IMG/VR virus record: IMGVR_UViG_3300032038_007781
Coordinates: 1-64,000 of that record
DNA: 64,000 nucleotides
Direction: 5' to 3' (one strand)
DNA from: a virus
Lineage: Duplodnaviria > Caudoviricetes
The notes under the pieces: generated by a model
Told to the model about the DNA's origin: nothing
What the model saw: the letters and a program-made list of their open reading frames with translations, nothing else
Databases searched by the model: none
Position numbers and translations under genes: made by a program
In this document: positions 1 through 9,973 of the stretch, one piece after another
How the letters are laid out: each line of letters opens with the position of its first letter
How positions within the stretch are numbered: position 1 is the first letter of the stretch

Positions 1-112
1 TCATTGCGGAATCCGCAGTTCTCCAATCAAGTTCTGTGAGAACTTGGTTTACAGACTCCTTCACAATCTTGCTGAGTGTGGATTCTGTTAATCTAATTCT
101 ATTCTTATTCAT
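1..112 (-). CDS. Partial gene (5' end) with the shared LTE leader; putative capsid-packaged protein
   Basis: Not in the ORF track. Hand translation from ATG at 112: MNKNRIRLTESTLSKIVKESVNQVLTELDWRTADSAM..., running off the window edge. TATTTAT lies upstream at 133-139. Confidence 0.8.
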   Translation of the reverse strand, partial: MNKNRIRLTESTLSKIVKESVNQVLTELDWRTADSAM

Positions 113-149
113 ATTATATACGTATTTTTCTAATAAATATCATCAAGAT

Positions 150-181
150 TTTGTTTTTCTCAGAAGATATCCATATATTTA
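150..181 (+). promoter_or_regulatory. Bacteroidota-type promoter (TTTG-N20-TATATTTA)
   Basis: TTTG at 150-153 and a near-consensus -7 box at 174-181, upstream of the ORF at 206. Confidence 0.5.
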
Positions 182-205
182 TTGTTGAATTAAAGTTTAT
201 AGGAT

Positions 206-2167
206 ATGAAATACTTAAAAGAAGACGGTAGCTTAGACATCAAGCGTATCAACCAACTACCTATTGAAGAATATATGACTGTGGATGTAAAGTTTGGGAG
301 TGGAATGGATAAAACAAAAATTTTTATTGATAAAGCTAAAAAGGTTTGGGGTGAAACCACATTTGATTATAAAGATGTTGTTTATGTTAAGAATAACATA
401 CCTGTTGTTCTATGGTATAATGGAATTAGGGTTGAGCAAACACCAAAACATCACTTAGCACACCATATGCCAATAGAACTTTCAGACAAAAAGAAGCACA
501 CTAACAATGAACTGATTAAAAAGTTCAATGAAGTGCATAATTCAAAATATTCTTATGGCGATTTTAAGTATGTAGATGCTAAAACTAAAAATATTCCTGT
601 TTATTGTAAATGCTTAGGGGCAGATGGTAAAGAACACGGATGGTGGAATGTTAGTGCAACTAATCACCTTTCAGGATGTGGATGTCCTAAATGCAAAAGT
701 GAAAAACTATCAAAGTATTTTGCTTCAAACACTGAAGATTTCATAGCTAAAGCTAAATTAGTTCATAATGGAAAATATACTTATGATAAAGTAAAATACA
801 TAAATAACACAACAAATGTTATAATAACTTGTAGTAAGCACGGAGATTTCTCACAAACACCGCATAATCATTTGCAAGGTAAAGGATGTCCTAAATGTAA
901 TGAAAATAATCTCGAAAAAATAGTGGAATCTATTCTTGTAGATAACTCAATTAAATACATTCCACAATATAGGGAAAAGTGGCTTGGAAAACAATCATTG
1001 GATTTTTATTTACCTGATTATAACGTAGCAATAGAATGTCAAGGTGAACAGCATTACAAGCCAAACAGATTTTCTGAATCATTGGAAACAATTCAAAATA
1101 GAGATAAAATTAAGTTTGAAAAATGTATCAAAAATGGCGTTAAATTACTTTATTTTGCAAATGAAAAATATGACAAAGAAATCATAAACAATTCAAATGA
1201 ATTGATTAAATCAATTGATGAAAATATAAATATAGACAAAAAAAATATTTCAGAAATACACAATTTCCTTAAATCATTAAACGTTAAATTCACTTATGAA
1301 GTTAATAAGATAGTACATGATTCATCTTATATGTCTTTACAAGATATTTTTACTATTAACGATAGCAATTTAAAAATAATATACGTTAACAGTTATGATT
1401 ATAGAAAGAAAAATGAAGAAGGGGTTGGTGTATCACCATCTTTTTTTATTTCAGAGACTAAAAAATATAATAGCGATGGATATAATGTCATTTGGATTAA
1501 AGATTATGAAATGATTGAAGAAAAAAATGGCTATAAACGTAAATGGGAAGTCATTAAATCATATATCAGATATGCTTGTAATCTATGCGAAAACAAAATA
1601 TTTGCAAGAAATTGTGAAATACACGAAGTACCAAACAATGAATTGAAAGCATTCTTGGATAAGAATTGCTTCTATGGATATAGACCTGCTAAAGTAAATC
1701 TTGGGCTTTATTTGAAAAAAGATTGTGGTGACTTTAAAAAAGGCGATTTAGTTATGGTATACACTTTTGGAAATAATTTCTATGGTAGGTCTGATAAGTT
1801 AGATACATTGGAAGTTATAAGGGTATCTACAATTCTAAATTCACATGTAGTTGGCGGTTCATCGAAGTTACTTAATTTTTTTGAAAAAAATTATAAGCAA
1901 GTTAAAATAGCTAATAAAACTATAAATGTTAAAAAATTAATATTCTATGTGGACGCTGACCATAATAACGGAAAAAGCTTACAGAATAGTGGATTTGAAT
2001 TTACGAAATGGGTTCCTGGGTTTATGAATGTCAACTCTATTAAAAGGACTGCGACAATGAGAAAACCATTTAAAAATGATGAAATAAACAAATTAATCAA
2101 TTCTAATCAAATGTACATTTCCCCTACAAATGGCGTTATGGTATTTAACAAGATTTTAGAACGTTAA
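206..2167 (+). CDS. Free-standing homing endonuclease-like protein (DUF723-like Zn repeats, Vsr/PD-(D/E)xK-like nuclease, Hef-like C-terminal region)
   Basis: Repeats KYxY...C..HG...HL.G.GCPKC; LDFYLPDYNVAIECQGEQHY nuclease motif; C-terminal IFARNC/FLDKNCFYG/GGSSKLL/YVDAD motifs. Confidence 0.75.
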   Translation: MKYLKEDGSLDIKRINQLPIEEYMTVDVKFGSGMDKTKIFIDKAKKVWGETTFDYKDVVYVKNNIPVVLWYNGIRVEQTPKHHLAHHMPIELSDKKKHTNNELIKKFNEVHNSKYSYGDFKYVDAKTKNIPVYCKCLGADGKEHGWWNVSATNHLSGCGCPKCKSEKLSKYFASNTEDFIAKAKLVHNGKYTYDKVKYINNTTNVIITCSKHGDFSQTPHNHLQGKGCPKCNENNLEKIVESILVDNSIKYIPQYREKWLGKQSLDFYLPDYNVAIECQGEQHYKPNRFSESLETIQNRDKIKFEKCIKNGVKLLYFANEKYDKEIINNSNELIKSIDENINIDKKNISEIHNFLKSLNVKFTYEVNKIVHDSSYMSLQDIFTINDSNLKIIYVNSYDYRKKNEEGVGVSPSFFISETKKYNSDGYNVIWIKDYEMIEEKNGYKRKWEVIKSYIRYACNLCENKIFARNCEIHEVPNNELKAFLDKNCFYGYRPAKVNLGLYLKKDCGDFKKGDLVMVYTFGNNFYGRSDKLDTLEVIRVSTILNSHVVGGSSKLLNFFEKNYKQVKIANKTINVKKLIFYVDADHNNGKSLQNSGFEFTKWVPGFMNVNSIKRTATMRKPFKNDEINKLINSNQMYISPTNGVMVFNKILER

Positions 2168-2224
2168 AAATGTTAATTCTATTGTTTTATTAAAAACAAA
2201 GCGTTATATTCAAAATAAAAAAAT

Positions 2225-2674
2225 ATGAAATTAACGAAAAGCATTATTAAAAGTTATTATTTGGATAATAATAACAATTATTTCAACAATGAATTACCAA
2301 CTAAAAACATAACATTTGCTATTGACCATTCAATACATAATGTAGCTGGTTTTGTAAGGCAAACAAAAAACAAATATAAAATATTTGTTAGTGACATGTT
2401 CTTATGGGATAAAGAAGAATTATCTGATATAATTACGCACGAAATGATTCATTTGAAATTGTCAATGATTGGTAAAAATGATTTTAGTAACCATGGCAAT
2501 AATTTCAAGGCTGAATGTGCAAGAATTTACCAAGAAAGAAAAAGAGTAATTCCTTTAGATGGGAGTCATATTTTAAAAACTCGCAAATGTAAAGAATTAC
2601 TCCTTAAGGAAAAAAATAGAAAACATAACATTTTCCTTATAATGTTAAATTGGCTAATTAATAAGATTTGTTAA
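2225..2674 (+). CDS. SprT-like zinc metalloprotease
   Basis: HEMIH zincin motif followed by NHGNNF. Confidence 0.75.
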   Translation: MKLTKSIIKSYYLDNNNNYFNNELPTKNITFAIDHSIHNVAGFVRQTKNKYKIFVSDMFLWDKEELSDIITHEMIHLKLSMIGKNDFSNHGNNFKAECARIYQERKRVIPLDGSHILKTRKCKELLLKEKNRKHNIFLIMLNWLINKIC

Positions 2675-3075
2675 TTATAGATATTATTAATTGACCTACT
2701 ACGTCTACTATTTGCATTACCCTTCATACTTTGAGCTGACCTTATAACTTGGGAAAGTGTTGCATTTCCACCGTATCTTTTGACTAACGGCATTAAAGTG
2801 TTAATAAGTTCTTGGGCTTTATAATATGAATTAGATGCTTTAAAATTAGTCGCAGCAGCTTTAAATCGCTTATTAAGGTTATATGGAAATTCAGTATCAT
2901 TTGGCGCAGGTCTTCTTCTTTCAGAATTACCAGGACCGTTTCCAAAAAATGCACTTACTGCATTAGCCCCACTTTTAACCATATCTTTAAAACCTTCATT
3001 CTCATCGTTTTCATTGATGACTTGCTGAATGTTTTCTTCAATTACTCTATGTAAATAATTTTCATTTATTACCAT
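2671..3075 (-). CDS. Putative capsid-packaged protein with leader variant
   Basis: N-terminus MVINENYLHRVIEENIQQVINE resembles the shared leader. Confidence 0.6.
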   Translation of the reverse strand: MVINENYLHRVIEENIQQVINENDENEGFKDMVKSGANAVSAFFGNGPGNSERRRPAPNDTEFPYNLNKRFKAAATNFKASNSYYKAQELINTLMPLVKRYGGNATLSQVIRSAQSMKGNANSRRSRSINNIYN

Positions 3076-3112
3076 AATATTATGTTTTTTTAATTATAAT
3101 TTTAATTATGTT

Positions 3113-3487
3113 TTATTTGTTACTAGAACCGTCATCAGTTAATACTTTATCACTTTCCAAAAATACCTTTTTGAAAAATTCATATATTGATGATGTTGGG
3201 TCTTCTGCATATTTTCTCAGCCCATCAATCGCAGTTTGACGTATTTTCTGAATGATTGGTTCGTGCTGAATGATTTCATGAACATGCATCGCTTTTTGCT
3301 CAGCATTATCATCACCATCTTGCTGCTGCATATGATTTCCTTGCTGCTGAAAGTCTTGTCCCATTTCCATGCCATCCATCATTTGGTCTTCATCACCTTC
3401 ATTAAATATATAGTCTTCGTTTAGATAACGCATTGTATTATTCAGGTCATCTAATACTTTGTGAATATAATTATTTTTCCTTTTCAT
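3113..3487 (-). CDS. Hypothetical late protein (possible prohead core component)
   Basis: 124 aa ORF, acidic Q/M-rich linker, LNE/FNE/FLE sites, TATTTAT upstream at 3512-3518. Confidence 0.55.
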   Translation of the reverse strand: MKRKNNYIHKVLDDLNNTMRYLNEDYIFNEGDEDQMMDGMEMGQDFQQQGNHMQQQDGDDNAEQKAMHVHEIIQHEPIIQKIRQTAIDGLRKYAEDPTSSIYEFFKKVFLESDKVLTDDGSSNK

Positions 3488-3530
3488 AATTATTAAACGT
3501 TTAATTTATATATAAATATAATACAAATAA

Positions 3531-3565
3531 AAAAAGAGAACCCACCATCAAAGGATTCTCTTTTT
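3531..3565 (-). terminator. Intrinsic terminator after the tail sheath gene
   Basis: AAAAAGAGAA...TTCTCTTTTT inverted repeat with T-tract on the minus strand. Confidence 0.65.
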
Positions 3566-3572
3566 ATATTAA

Positions 3573-6500
3573 TTAAATATTATCGAATGAAACGCCTTCA
3601 GGGGTTAAAACAAAGTCAATAGGAATATATTCCAATGAGTTAATTGGCTTAAAATAAATCTTAGCAGGCAATTCTCTTCTTTCCCTTGCTTCTTCAGATG
3701 AATCTACTTCAATCTTATAATCAGAAATACCTCTATTTGCCCTAATATTATCCAAAATAGGCGTAACAGTTGATAAGAATGAATTCTTTGCAACAGAATC
3801 ATTTGGTTCAAAAATTAAACTTCTACAAGCAATTGCAATAAGCTTTCTCATACGAAGCAGCAATCTACGTACAGCTATACGATTCAATTGTGTATCAGTT
3901 TCTTGTAAGTTTTTCTGTCCCCAAATCTTAACACCGTCAGTAGCAAATGTCTTAACTGGATTAATTCTATTGTCATAAAGTTCATCTTCATCAGCCAACT
4001 TTGTAACATAGTGTGCTTTTACACAATTAACATCACCACGTTCAAGGCCTGCAGGTGCAAACCAAGGATAAGCAGAATTATCGGTTTGTGCAAAGTTTCT
4101 TACAACATCCTTTGTAGGTGGCAAATAAATATACTGGCTATTATCTTGGTCAAGATATTTAACCCAAGGATAATATGTACATGTATAGTTAGATGTAATT
4201 TCCGATTCTTCCAAATTGAACACAGCTTCTTCAGGTGTAAACATTTCGTCTACATAATCACCAGCGCCAAATGGTTTATCAGGTGTTGTTACAACGTAGA
4301 TAGAGTCAGCTCTTTCCTGTTCAAGCATATCAATTGTTTCTTCTACAAGAGTTTTATTGTTTACATAATCAATACCTGGTGTGGCAAAAACATTGATATC
4401 AACTGATTCAGGGTTAGAGAATTGTCTAATAGCTGCAAGATAAGCGTACCAGTCAGATGTTAGACCATTCTGATTTAGCCCTAATGACTCAGGGTCAGCA
4501 ATTCTATCAAATGAATAACCTTCGCCTGTAGTCTTGTTATATTTACCTAAATACTTAGAGAGTTTAAAGTCATCAGTGTTACTTCTTGATGTCCTAAATA
4601 CATCCCAACCATCAAATCCACCATAGAAATAAACAGTGAACTTACGTAATGATACATTTTCATAAATTGAGCCATACATTGAGTATTCATCGCCAATGAT
4701 TGGTTCACCGTCTAATGTAGATGTTCTTGTACTCTTAGAAACTGCATCAAATTTATATCCTTTTTCACCGTCTACTGTAACCAATGGGTTATAGTTAGCA
4801 TCAAAATCAAGCCTTGAATCCAAGTGGAAACCATGCGTTAACATTGAAGGATTGTTAATGTATGCTGCAACGCCTTTAAATTTAAATAAATCTAAATCAA
4901 CGCCTACTCTTGATGATAAGCCGAAATATTGTTTTCTGTTCCTCAAATCTTCATCATAAGTAGTATTATATTTAATAAAAGGTGCTGTAACACCTGACTG
5001 TCTATCATCTACAATTGGTGTTCCACCATACTGAACTGAAGGGTAGCCTAAGAAACCTGCAGGTACTGCATTTTCAGCAGCGTCACTTTCCTTGCATTCA
5101 ACTGTGATATATTTTGACTTGCTTTCATACATTCCGTCAAATGAGCCAATCTTATAAGAAATATAATTCTTTGACCCAGGAATTAATGAACAACGAGAGA
5201 ATTTTTCAAGTGGAACTTGAACTTCATCAGTGTCATTAATATCACGTACTACAACATCAAACACACCTTCATCAGGTTTAATGTTTTCAATTGAAACCTT
5301 AACTTCATTAACAGACATATTACCATCAGAAATTGTATGGAATCTAAACAATTTCTTCAATTCAATATGATTGTAATCACCCATCAAGTTAGATACAATC
5401 CAAGGTGTTGATGAATATCGGTAAGCTGATTTATAGTTATTTAAATCACAATTTACAAATGTAACGTCATCACCTACCTTATTTAAACGATAATACAAAT
5501 CATCAGCTAAGTTCTTAACTAAAGTGTATTTTGTGTTAGCTGGTGTCGTAACTTTATTACCATTAATAAGTACGCCTGGTGATTTTAAAACATCAACATA
5601 GTCACCGCCATCTTCAGGATTATCATAGTAATCATATCGTTTATAAACGTAATGTCTACTACCTTTATTATCTGTGTATTGAGCTACAGTATAAATTTTT
5701 CCTACAGCTAAATTTTCAGCTTCATTAGTAATTGTTTCACCACTATTAAATATGTGTGCAGTAAATCCTGCTTTGCCAACAACTTCTTTATCAGCCAAAT
5801 ATCTTAAACCTAAATCTTTTCTTGTCAAAGAAGCTTCTGGCTTTCTAAGTAAACCATCAACAGGCTCAATGCTTGAAAACTCTGACGGATAAAGTACTTG
5901 ATAGAAAGTCAATTCACTATTAATTGCTGTTGCATGAGTGCTGCCTGTATTTGCAATTGCTCGCTCTAAAGCAACGTCATATAACTCTTCTACATAAATA
6001 GGGGCATCGCCATTTACAGGGTCAGTACCCAAAACATTAATAATATATTCTTTATCATTAGGGTTTAAAGAAACTGCATATTCAAAGCCATTAGATGCGC
6101 CACTTGTATATGACGCACCACTTGTTTCACCTGTCACGCCTTGAATTTTAAATCTACCTAAATTTGTAGATGATATACTATACGTTTCTTCATTTCCAGA
6201 AAAATTATACTCTGAACAGTCACTACCTGTTGAATATAAAGAAACATAAGGCGCTAAGTTAAGTGCATTCTTATTGTACAATGTAGGCTTTTTACAAGCA
6301 TCTGTACCTTTAGTAAGTTCACCTACACGATATACTAATTTATCATATAAATCAGTTGGGCAAGTACAGGTACCATTTGCACTGTTGAATTTATAATACT
6401 TTTGATAATCTGCCCTTGAACGTAGCACAGCAACTACCATATCATCTTGTGTGCCTTCAATATCAGGATTAGCGTCACCTTCCATTTTAGCTGTAATAAC

Positions 6501-6827
6501 CCATGCAGGTCCTGCATTGTACCCACTAAGCCCTAACACACGTACAACTTCAAGCTGGTTAGACTGTGTGAGGTAAGATTTTGCTACATATGGTAATTCA
6601 TATTTAGGATATTGGCTACCTGTAAATTTTTCAGCGCTAGTTCCGCCAAATGTGCTTACAAATTCACGCCAGTTAGTGATTGACATTGGCTGAAAAGCAG
6701 GGCCTTTTAAGGTTTCACCTGCAAGGCCTAAAGTCGTAATGCCAAGGCTCTTAACTGCATAAGTCATATCAATTTCACGTGAGTAAACACCAGGAGATAC
6801 ATGTACACCCCTTGCATTATCTGCCAT
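3573..6827 (-). CDS. Contractile tail sheath protein (T4 gp18-like)
   Basis: SPGVYSREID start, GETLKGP, YYPW, PWFAPAG, RINP, IWGQK and RRL motifs typical of sheath proteins. Confidence 0.95.
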   Translation of the reverse strand: MADNARGVHVSPGVYSREIDMTYAVKSLGITTLGLAGETLKGPAFQPMSITNWREFVSTFGGTSAEKFTGSQYPKYELPYVAKSYLTQSNQLEVVRVLGLSGYNAGPAWVITAKMEGDANPDIEGTQDDMVVAVLRSRADYQKYYKFNSANGTCTCPTDLYDKLVYRVGELTKGTDACKKPTLYNKNALNLAPYVSLYSTGSDCSEYNFSGNEETYSISSTNLGRFKIQGVTGETSGASYTSGASNGFEYAVSLNPNDKEYIINVLGTDPVNGDAPIYVEELYDVALERAIANTGSTHATAINSELTFYQVLYPSEFSSIEPVDGLLRKPEASLTRKDLGLRYLADKEVVGKAGFTAHIFNSGETITNEAENLAVGKIYTVAQYTDNKGSRHYVYKRYDYYDNPEDGGDYVDVLKSPGVLINGNKVTTPANTKYTLVKNLADDLYYRLNKVGDDVTFVNCDLNNYKSAYRYSSTPWIVSNLMGDYNHIELKKLFRFHTISDGNMSVNEVKVSIENIKPDEGVFDVVVRDINDTDEVQVPLEKFSRCSLIPGSKNYISYKIGSFDGMYESKSKYITVECKESDAAENAVPAGFLGYPSVQYGGTPIVDDRQSGVTAPFIKYNTTYDEDLRNRKQYFGLSSRVGVDLDLFKFKGVAAYINNPSMLTHGFHLDSRLDFDANYNPLVTVDGEKGYKFDAVSKSTRTSTLDGEPIIGDEYSMYGSIYENVSLRKFTVYFYGGFDGWDVFRTSRSNTDDFKLSKYLGKYNKTTGEGYSFDRIADPESLGLNQNGLTSDWYAYLAAIRQFSNPESVDINVFATPGIDYVNNKTLVEETIDMLEQERADSIYVVTTPDKPFGAGDYVDEMFTPEEAVFNLEESEITSNYTCTYYPWVKYLDQDNSQYIYLPPTKDVVRNFAQTDNSAYPWFAPAGLERGDVNCVKAHYVTKLADEDELYDNRINPVKTFATDGVKIWGQKNLQETDTQLNRIAVRRLLLRMRKLIAIACRSLIFEPNDSVAKNSFLSTVTPILDNIRANRGISDYKIEVDSSEEARERRELPAKIYFKPINSLEYIPIDFVLTPEGVSFDNI

Positions 6828-6917
6828 AATTTGAAATATTTTGTCTTAATTATTTTATTATTTAATAATAAATATTTGATATAACCAATAAATTTAATTA
6901 TATTATAAAAAAATAGA

Positions 6918-7214
6918 TTACATACTATTTATTCTATTAATAAATTCTTTAATATCAGTTACATCAAAATTTATATTGTTTTTTAATAATTTTTCACGAT
7001 AAGAAATCAGTAAATCAGCATAATTTTCTTCATCTTTAATCTTATTGGCATAATCTACTTGTGAATTAAAAAACAAGTCAGTGATTTCACCTATACTTTT
7101 TAAGTATTTTTTAAGTAGTAACAAATCATTTAATTCAAGACTGTATTTTAAATCTGAATTATCAATATCTAACAATTTTTTTTCTAAATCAATCAATATC
7201 TTTATTGTTACCAT
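6918..7214 (-). CDS. Hypothetical protein
   Basis: 98 aa ORF overlapping the stop of the upstream gene. Confidence 0.65.
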   Translation of the reverse strand: MVTIKILIDLEKKLLDIDNSDLKYSLELNDLLLLKKYLKSIGEITDLFFNSQVDYANKIKDEENYADLLISYREKLLKNNINFDVTDIKEFINRINSM

Positions 7215-8475
7215 CTATAATGATTTTTTCATTAGTAGGGACTACATCAAGCTCTGATTCTTTATTTTCAACATTATCCACTATAATATTAGGGTCATAA
7301 CCTTTAATTGTTATTTTAGAATCAGAATACAAATTATCCCTTGTTATGTTAATTTTAATTTCATCTCCTTTTAAAAAGGATACATCAAAATCTAAATCAG
7401 TAAACTCATTATTTGTATAAATTGTAAAATTATATATGTTTTCGGTAGTAACTTCAGTTAATACCATATCTGATTCTATGACGAATGTTATTCCATCCTC
7501 ACAATTTGGTATTGTAATTTCATATTCAAGTGATTTATTATGATATTTGTCTTCTTCATCCTTAATGCAGCAATTATCAGGTAATTCTTCTTCTTTAAGA
7601 ATTACAGTACCATGTTTTTTATGCAAGTCTACTGTGTCATAAGGAACAGTGCAGTCAAGTTCACTAACAATCTTATTTGTTTTTAAATCGAAATCAGTAA
7701 TTCTTTTATTTTTCTTAGTTTCTTCAGAATCAAGAAACTTAACAATAAATCTTGATGGTACTCTTGTTACTTTGTAATCCTCTTTCCTTATAATATATCC
7801 CATTACTTTAATTGAAAAAGTTTGTGAATAAAACTTTCTATCGTCAATTGTATATTCTGATTCATCATTAATAGATTCTAATATCATAGGCATTGCATGA
7901 CCATTAGGTGCTATATAGCATTCAAGTGATTGAAATTCATAATGAACCATTTCGTTAAATCTATTAAGCAATTCATACTTATTACATATTAAATTCACTG
8001 TATATGCAAAATTAATGGCAAATGGCTGCTTCATTGAATATAAATCATATGCTTCTTCCCCATTTTCTTGCAAAACAGGTACAGCAAACATTGTATAATC
8101 CCTATGCCCAGGTACATTAAACGGAGCACCTTGTCCTTCACCATGTTGTGGGTTGTTATCACGTGTAATTGTTTTAAAATTCATTATAATATTACCTGTA
8201 TCATCAAGATTTTGCCAAGTTTGAGAATATTCAGAAATCTTCTGATTGGAAAACAATCTATATGTAGGTAAACGTTTTCCATCATATACCAAATCAAGCT
8301 TTTTGTCTACCCAATTAAAAAATTCTTTATCTATATCTTCGTATGTAATAGGTAAAGGCGTTGGTGTTCCATGTTCTAGTATGATTTTTGACATATTCCT
8401 TCTACGTTCTTCACCTGTTGCTTTATTCCTTACTTTAAACCTATCTAAATATGGCTTTGGCTGTATCAATCCCAT
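7189..8475 (-). CDS. Tail completion / sheath stabiliser-like protein (T4 gp15-like)
   Basis: RLP...ITRD...QPFAINFAYTVNLIC...FSIKVMGY pattern; lies between the neck and sheath genes. Confidence 0.5.
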   Translation of the reverse strand: MGLIQPKPYLDRFKVRNKATGEERRRNMSKIILEHGTPTPLPITYEDIDKEFFNWVDKKLDLVYDGKRLPTYRLFSNQKISEYSQTWQNLDDTGNIIMNFKTITRDNNPQHGEGQGAPFNVPGHRDYTMFAVPVLQENGEEAYDLYSMKQPFAINFAYTVNLICNKYELLNRFNEMVHYEFQSLECYIAPNGHAMPMILESINDESEYTIDDRKFYSQTFSIKVMGYIIRKEDYKVTRVPSRFIVKFLDSEETKKNKRITDFDLKTNKIVSELDCTVPYDTVDLHKKHGTVILKEEELPDNCCIKDEEDKYHNKSLEYEITIPNCEDGITFVIESDMVLTEVTTENIYNFTIYTNNEFTDLDFDVSFLKGDEIKINITRDNLYSDSKITIKGYDPNIIVDNVENKESELDVVPTNEKIIIDGNNKDID

Positions 8476-8507
8476 TTTAACAATTTTTATACTAATAAAT
8501 ATACAAA

Positions 8508-8542
8508 AATAATGGGAACTAATTAAATAGTTCCCATTATTT
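8508..8542. terminator. Hairpin / terminator
   Basis: AATAATGGGAACTA-loop-TAGTTCCCATTATT. Confidence 0.65.
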
Positions 8543-8600
8543 CTTCTCTTAATATCTTTCCTATTCTTCTTGTTAAAGTTTCATAAAAAATATCATGTAG

Positions 8601-9134
8601 CTACGCAGTGAATTCTGATTGGTCCACTGGATAACATTCAATTGTCCTATATAAAGGTTCGACCCCAAACAATGTGTGTGCATTATCATAGTTATTTCTA
8701 CCATCATTTGAAACAGTAAAGTATTCCATATGCGTTTGACTTATCTGAACACCAATATAATCGCCCTTCTTAATATCAACGCCAAGTTCATCCAACGTTT
8801 CTTGATAAACACCAAGTGTTAATTTGCCAGTTTTCATATATGTACCTAAATTTTTTGATTTGTCATATGATTTTAATTCAGGCTGCTCAATTTCATAAAC
8901 ACAATGAATTTCAACAGGTGCTTTATAAGCAACCTGTTTAGCATCAGTTTCTCCATATAAAGCATCTGCATTTGATTTAGTTAAATCAACTTGATATAGA
9001 ACTACAATTTGATTCATATCCTGTTCTATATAATTTTTACCTATTTCCCTTTCAAAATCAAAATCTTCTTCAGAATAAAAGAGATTGTTTCTATTGATTG
9101 GTACTCTTCTTGGTGTGTTTTTATTGAAATCCAT
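8601..9134 (-). CDS. Neck / head-closure protein (T4 gp14-like)
   Basis: LYGE...PVEIHC...KKGDYI...YFTV pattern and morphogenesis context. Confidence 0.5.
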   Translation of the reverse strand: MDFNKNTPRRVPINRNNLFYSEEDFDFEREIGKNYIEQDMNQIVVLYQVDLTKSNADALYGETDAKQVAYKAPVEIHCVYEIEQPELKSYDKSKNLGTYMKTGKLTLGVYQETLDELGVDIKKGDYIGVQISQTHMEYFTVSNDGRNNYDNAHTLFGVEPLYRTIECYPVDQSEFTA

Positions 9135-9148
9135 TATTCTTTATCGCC

Positions 9149-9868
9149 TTATCTTCTTCTGTAAAAATTATTATATATTTCTTCACTTAATCCTGAATCA
9201 AGGATAACCATATGTGCTTCCCCATCACGTTGAACCATTCCCCAATTTGCTAATCTTGTATAATCACCTGTTGGTGGTTGATAGCTTCCGAGATAATTTT
9301 CTAATTCATTTAAGAAATATGAACCATTTTCATCAGCTTCCAATATTTCATCAATATTATTATCATTAATAATAGACCTATCATATCGTGCAATTCCTCG
9401 TTCATATCTACTACCTTGGTACATTATAAAATTGCAAACAAGCTTCCAATCAAAACCTGTGACTTTTTTAAAGTCTTGAGCCTTTGCTGGTAGAACATAT
9501 TCACATACTATCCATTGATATCTTGGTTCTTCATTACCATCATATCCAAACAATTGAGTATGGTCGCCATCAAATTGATATACCTTAGGAAATAGTCCTG
9601 TCTGTTCCTTATACCTGTCACGTGTTATTGAACATTCTTCTTCATTTTGTGCGATTCCTTTTTGATTCTTAGCCAATTTAAGGCATTTTTCGTCATCAAT
9701 TTGGAAGACAATTCTGCTTGAACCATTCCCTATTGGATTTCCAAGCATTTCTTTGCAATACCTGACTTTCTTAGCATAAGGCATTGTATTTAAAGCATCC
9801 AAACGAAACCCTTCCATTTGTGCTTCAAACAACTTTTTATATTGTGATTCAGTGATTATTACTTTCAT
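9149..9868 (-). CDS. Leader-bearing protein kinase-like enzyme
   Basis: Leader MKVIITESQYKKLFE; Gly loop IGNGSSRIVF, CLKLAK, QNEEE, D-x4-N (DYTRLAN) and ILDSG motifs of the kinase-like fold. Confidence 0.7.
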   Translation of the reverse strand: MKVIITESQYKKLFEAQMEGFRLDALNTMPYAKKVRYCKEMLGNPIGNGSSRIVFQIDDEKCLKLAKNQKGIAQNEEECSITRDRYKEQTGLFPKVYQFDGDHTQLFGYDGNEEPRYQWIVCEYVLPAKAQDFKKVTGFDWKLVCNFIMYQGSRYERGIARYDRSIINDNNIDEILEADENGSYFLNELENYLGSYQPPTGDYTRLANWGMVQRDGEAHMVILDSGLSEEIYNNFYRRR

Positions 9869-9973
9869 TAATTTTTTTATTTTTATAAATAAATAGTTTC
9901 CATTTGCAAATAAGAAATAAATAGTTGATTTGTATTGAAAAAAAGTTATATTTTATATATAATATAAAATATA

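Noticed and set aside
8523-8603. TAG recoding (code 15, as in Lak phages); reading through TAG at 8601-8603 would add 25 codons
   Set aside because: Genes are unfragmented in the standard code, including late genes. Other TAG stops (25052, 38007) sit at sensible gene ends, and 25 open codons can arise by chance.
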